From positions 4,838,001-4,902,000 of the forward strand of contig CM075995.1 in assembly GCA_038087875.1 (NCBI GenBank): 64,000 nucleotides of DNA. Direction: 5' to 3'. Within the stretch, counting starts at the first letter, position 1. Every line of letters starts with the position of its first letter. Below the pieces are notes generated by a model, which saw nothing but the letters and a program-made list of their open reading frames with translations, was not told the DNA's origin and ran no database searches. The position numbers were made by a program, and so were the translations under genes. Shown here piece by piece: positions 60,065 to 64,000 of this stretch. This DNA is from Malacoraja senta (lineage: Eukaryota).

Positions 60065-61142
60065 TCTTTAAATAGGTATCTTCTCCCTGTTAAAGGTAAT
60101 GTTCTGCACTTGGTATGTTCGGTGAAGATGATAGGGACGATATTTTGCATTAACAAAGGCTAAATTTAGTTTAGTTTATTCTCACGTGTACCGAGTGAAA
60201 AGCTTTTTGTTGCGTGCTAACCAGTCAGTGGAAAGACAATCGAGCCATTTACAGTGTATATGTACATGCAAGATTTAGTACTGGGCTACCATTAGTTTTG
60301 ATGAATTTTTTCAATAAGCTCCGTTTTGCTTCTCTCCTATGCCAAGCAATTATTATTGTTATTATTGCTATTACTGTTCTGTGTAGGAAGGAACTGCAGA
60401 TGCTGGTTTAAACCGAAGATAGACACAAAAAGCTGGAGTAACTCAGCAGGAGAGAAGGAATGGGTGAATGGGTGAAACGTCACCCATTCCTTCTGTCCAG
60501 AGACGCTGCCTGTCCTGTGGAATTTACTCCAGCTTTTTGTGTCAATCTTCCTATTATTGTTCTATCGTAAACACTAAAGTTCAAAATGTTGTGGCCACAA
60601 CACTAGAGATTTGCTTTTTGGAATCTGGACCAAGTTATTGGAATTTTTAATTTTTCTCCACATATTGCAGCTGTTTCCGTTATTTTAATTTTACAGTTGA
60701 GTGGATGTGCTCTTCATGCAGTAAGACTCTGTGCCTGAACTCACTGAGGCCTGGATAGAGTGGATGTGGAGAGGGTGTTTCCACTAAGGGAGAGTCTAAG
60801 ACCAGAGGTCATAGCCTCAGAATAAAAGGACATTTAATATCTTAATATAGAGTCATAGAGTGATACAGTGTGGAAACAGGCCCTTCGGCCCAACTCGCCC
60901 ACACCGGCCAACAATGTCCCAGCTACACTAGTCCCACATTGCCTGTGTTTGGTCCCTCCAAACCTGTCCTTCCCATGCACCTATCTAACTGTTTCTTAAA
61001 CGATGGTATAGTCCCAGCAACAACTACCTCCTCTGGCAGCTTGTTCTATACACCCACCACCCTTTGTGTGAAAAAGTTACCCCTCGGATTCCTATTTGAC
61101 TAGATATCAGACAAGAAAAAGCTTTTCACTATATCTCGTTAC

Positions 61143-61440
61143 ACATAGAAACATAGAAAATAGGTGCAGGAGGAGGCCATTTGGCCCTTCGAGCCAGCAC
61201 CGCCATTCATCATGATCATGGCTGATCGTCCCCAATCAATAACCCGTGCCTGCCTTCTCCCCATATCCCTTGATTCCACTAGCCCCTAGAGCTCTATCTA
61301 ACTCTCTCTTAAATCCATCCAGTGATTTGGCCTCCACTGCCCTCTGTGGCAGGGAATTCCACAAATTCACAACTCTCTGGGTGAAAAAGTTTTTTCTCAC
61401 CTCAGTCTTAAATGGACCCTTTATTCTAAGACTGTGGCCA
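61143..61440 (-). mobile_element. CR1-type 3' fragment
   Basis: GHSLRIKGPFKTEVRKNFFTQRVVNLWNSLPQRAVEA; (CTATGTTT)n tail. Confidence 0.82.
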
Positions 61441-62885
61441 TAGTTAACCAATATCAGCGGAGCAGGCTTTGTAGTCAAGAGTCATACAGTGTCGATACAG
61501 GCCCTTTGGCCCAACTTGCCCATGCCAACCAACACGCCCCATCTACACTAGTTCCATGGTCTTTGGAATTCTCAAAGTGATATCGAACCAAATAATTGCC
61601 ACTGTTGTAATGCAGGTAATACAATGTAAAATCTGTGCACACAAAGCCCCGGGAACATCAATGAGTTGGATAACCAAGTATTGGTCTTGATTTGTTATTG
61701 CCGTGTGTCCCAAGGTACAATGTAAAGTCTTGTTTACCTGCTGTCCAGTCAAATTATACCGTACAATCAAGCCGTACACAAATACCACAGGTGGTGCAAA
61801 GAGGAAAATATCAGAATGCAGAATACAGCATTACAGCAATTTTTAAAAAAAGAGCAAAGTCAGCAAGGAGGTAGGCTGGGTGATCGGGACTGCATCCTTG
61901 GTATGTGAGAGGTGCGTTCAGTAGTCTGATGACAGCAGAGAATCTCGAGGTGTGCGCTTTAAAGCTTTAGTATTTTCTGCCTGACGAAGGGTGGTGAATC
62001 TGTGGAATTCATTGCCACTGATGGCTGTGGAGGGAGGCCAAGTCAATGGATATTTTTAAAGCAGAATTTGACAAATTCTTGATTAGTAAGGGTGTCAGGG
62101 GCTAAGGGGTGAAGGCAGGAGAATGGAGATGAGAGGGAAAGATAGATCAGCCATGATTGAATGGCGGAGTAGAATTGATGGGCTGAATGGCCTAATTCAA
62201 GGTTTCAAGGTTGCAAGGTCAGTTTATTGTCACATACCAATTAAGGTACAGTGAAATTTGAAGTTGGGCAGGATAGGACTTTATTCCTTGGAGTGCAAGA
62301 GGGTGAGGGGTGATCTTATAGATGTGTATAAGATCTTGAGGGGAATAGATTGGGTGAATACACAGTCTTTAACCTAAGATAGGAGAATCAAGACCCAGAG
62401 GACAGGCTTAAGGTGAGAAGGAAAAGATGTAATACAAACCTGAGGGACAACTTTTTTCACACAGAGGGTGGTGGGTACATGGAACGAGATGCCAGAGGCG
62501 GTAGTTGAGGCAGGTATTATAACAGCATTTAAAAGACACATGGATAGGAAATGCTTTGAGCGATATGGACCAAAGTGGCGCCTCTTGCATATGGACTCGG
62601 TAGGCTGCTCTGTGTGTACTGCACTAACTGGGGCGATTGTGTTTATGTGCGGGGATAGTCTTGCGGATCTGTATGCAAGGAATGTATTTCACTGAACCCG
62701 GTACACATGACAATAAAGAAACCATTGACCATCAAGCATGGAAAATGGGGGTTAGTTTAGATGGGGCATCTTGGGTGGGCATGGACAAGTTGGGCCGAAG
62801 GGTCCGATTGCGTGCTGGATGGACTCATGTCTCTGTGACTAATTAATTATCCCGTTAAGTAAAAGAGGAAATGCACTATACACAA

Positions 62886-63207
62886 GGCGGCACAGTGGCG
62901 CAGCGGTAGAGTTGCTACCTCACAGCGCTTGCAGCGCCAAAGACCCGGGTTCGATCCCGACTGCGGGTGCTGCCTGTACAGAGTTTGTACATTGACCGCA
63001 TGGGTTTTCTCTGAGATCTTCGGTTTCCTCCCACACTCCAAAGACGTACAGGTTTGTAGGTTAATTGGCTTTGGTATAAATGTAAATTATCCCGAGTGTG
63101 TGTAGGATAGTGTTAATGTGTGCGGGGATCGCTGGTCGGTGCAAACTCGGTGGGCCGAAAGGCCTGTTTCCGCGCTGTATCTCTAAACTAAACTAAACTA
63201 AACTAAA
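62886..63207 (+). mobile_element. V-SINE (duplicated-head variant)
   Basis: Head, core and long (AAACT)n tail. Confidence 0.82.
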
Positions 63208-63856
63208 CACAGTGAGAGTAGTGACTGCAGAGAGGAGCGTTTCATTGACTAACTGAATACATAACCCAGAGTTCAAATTCCAGGGCTAGCTGTTGTTGCT
63301 TGTATGAGAAGGAAAGTCAGACACAGTGCTCTGTGTGATGTTAGCTGTGCTAATATCAATTTCACAGCACATTCTGCAGGCCAGCTCATTATCTCTGGGT
63401 TTGCTGGCTTTCTACAGTAGCTCTCTCACCTGAACTGTGCATTTATTATTTTTCGCCTTTAACGTTTAATAAACTGCACACCGCACCTGCTCCCCCCCCC
63501 ACCACCCCACCTCCTCCAGAGATCAACAAAACACCCTGTGCCTTATTTCGAGCAGACTGGCTAATTAGACCAAGTGTAAGCCAGTTTATTAGATGGAGTG
63601 CTTCCCAGTGGCGGAGCATTTTAAATCGCACTGATTCCACAAATACATCCGTGATTCAACCCGATCCCGGACATTAAAAATAAGCTCTGTTTGCCTTATT
63701 ATTAGTTCCACGTGTACCGAGATGCAGTGAAAGATCTTTGCACTGCATGCTATCCGGTCAAATCATGAACACAATCAAACCACACACAATCACAACAGGT
63801 AGAGCTGGGGATATGGAGGAAAGGGGAAGAAATTTACGTGTGTTTTATTCATATGT

Positions 63857-64000
63857 TCATAAGTTATAGGAGCAGAATTAGCCCATTCGGCCCATCAAGT
63901 CTACTCCGCCATTCAATCATGGCTGATCTATCTCTCCCTCTCAACCCCATTCTCCTGCCTTCTTTCCATAACACCTGACACCCGTACTGATCAAGATTCT
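63857..64000 (-). mobile_element. CR1-type 3' end (runs off the window)
   Basis: Same 3'UTR as 22540-22700. Confidence 0.75.

Noticed and set aside
14143..63207. tRNA genes and the recurring MECGRKP... ORFs
   Set aside because: These are SINE heads and SINE antisense frames, not complete cloverleaf tRNAs or proteins.
63230..63660. Unique intronic stretch with TAATTA-type motifs as a possible enhancer
   Set aside because: Short motifs alone are not evidence; needs cross-species conservation data I cannot obtain.
39418..64000. Next EEPD1 coding exon (expected to start with about IKLLAVQE)
   Set aside because: I could not find it by eye; the intron probably extends beyond the window or the exon was missed.

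Overview
Vertebrate genomic DNA, probably a cartilaginous fish (skate/ray-like). This is inferred from the dense tRNA-derived V-SINEs with (AAACT)n tails and the CR1/HER1-type LINE fragments. The only host gene I can support is EEPD1 (+ strand): its first coding exon lies at 38555-39417, with a probable 5'UTR splice acceptor at 37804 and a candidate non-coding exon at 33818-33922. The rest is mostly transposable elements. (1) A full-length young L1 (minus strand, 4028-10311, intact 1263-aa ORF2) is flanked by a near-identical 3,540-bp direct duplication (488-4027 = 10312-13851). The duplicated DNA is the 3' part of a decayed DIRS element, and the L1 poly(A) joins exactly at that DIRS terminus. 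(2) A complete DIRS1-type tyrosine-recombinase retrotransposon (22746-27603, minus) has ITRs, an ICR and ATT junctions. (3) An Academ-like non-autonomous DNA transposon (17621-21080) carries a perfect CTCF motif and a nested hAT-like element with a ~165-bp-arm hairpin. (4) There is a Harbinger MITE, nested CR1/L2/Rex1/Tx1 fragments, and many Penelope-like ends bearing minimal hammerhead-ribozyme cores. One 200-N assembly gap is present. All comparisons were made by eye, so boundaries of degenerate repeats are approximate.
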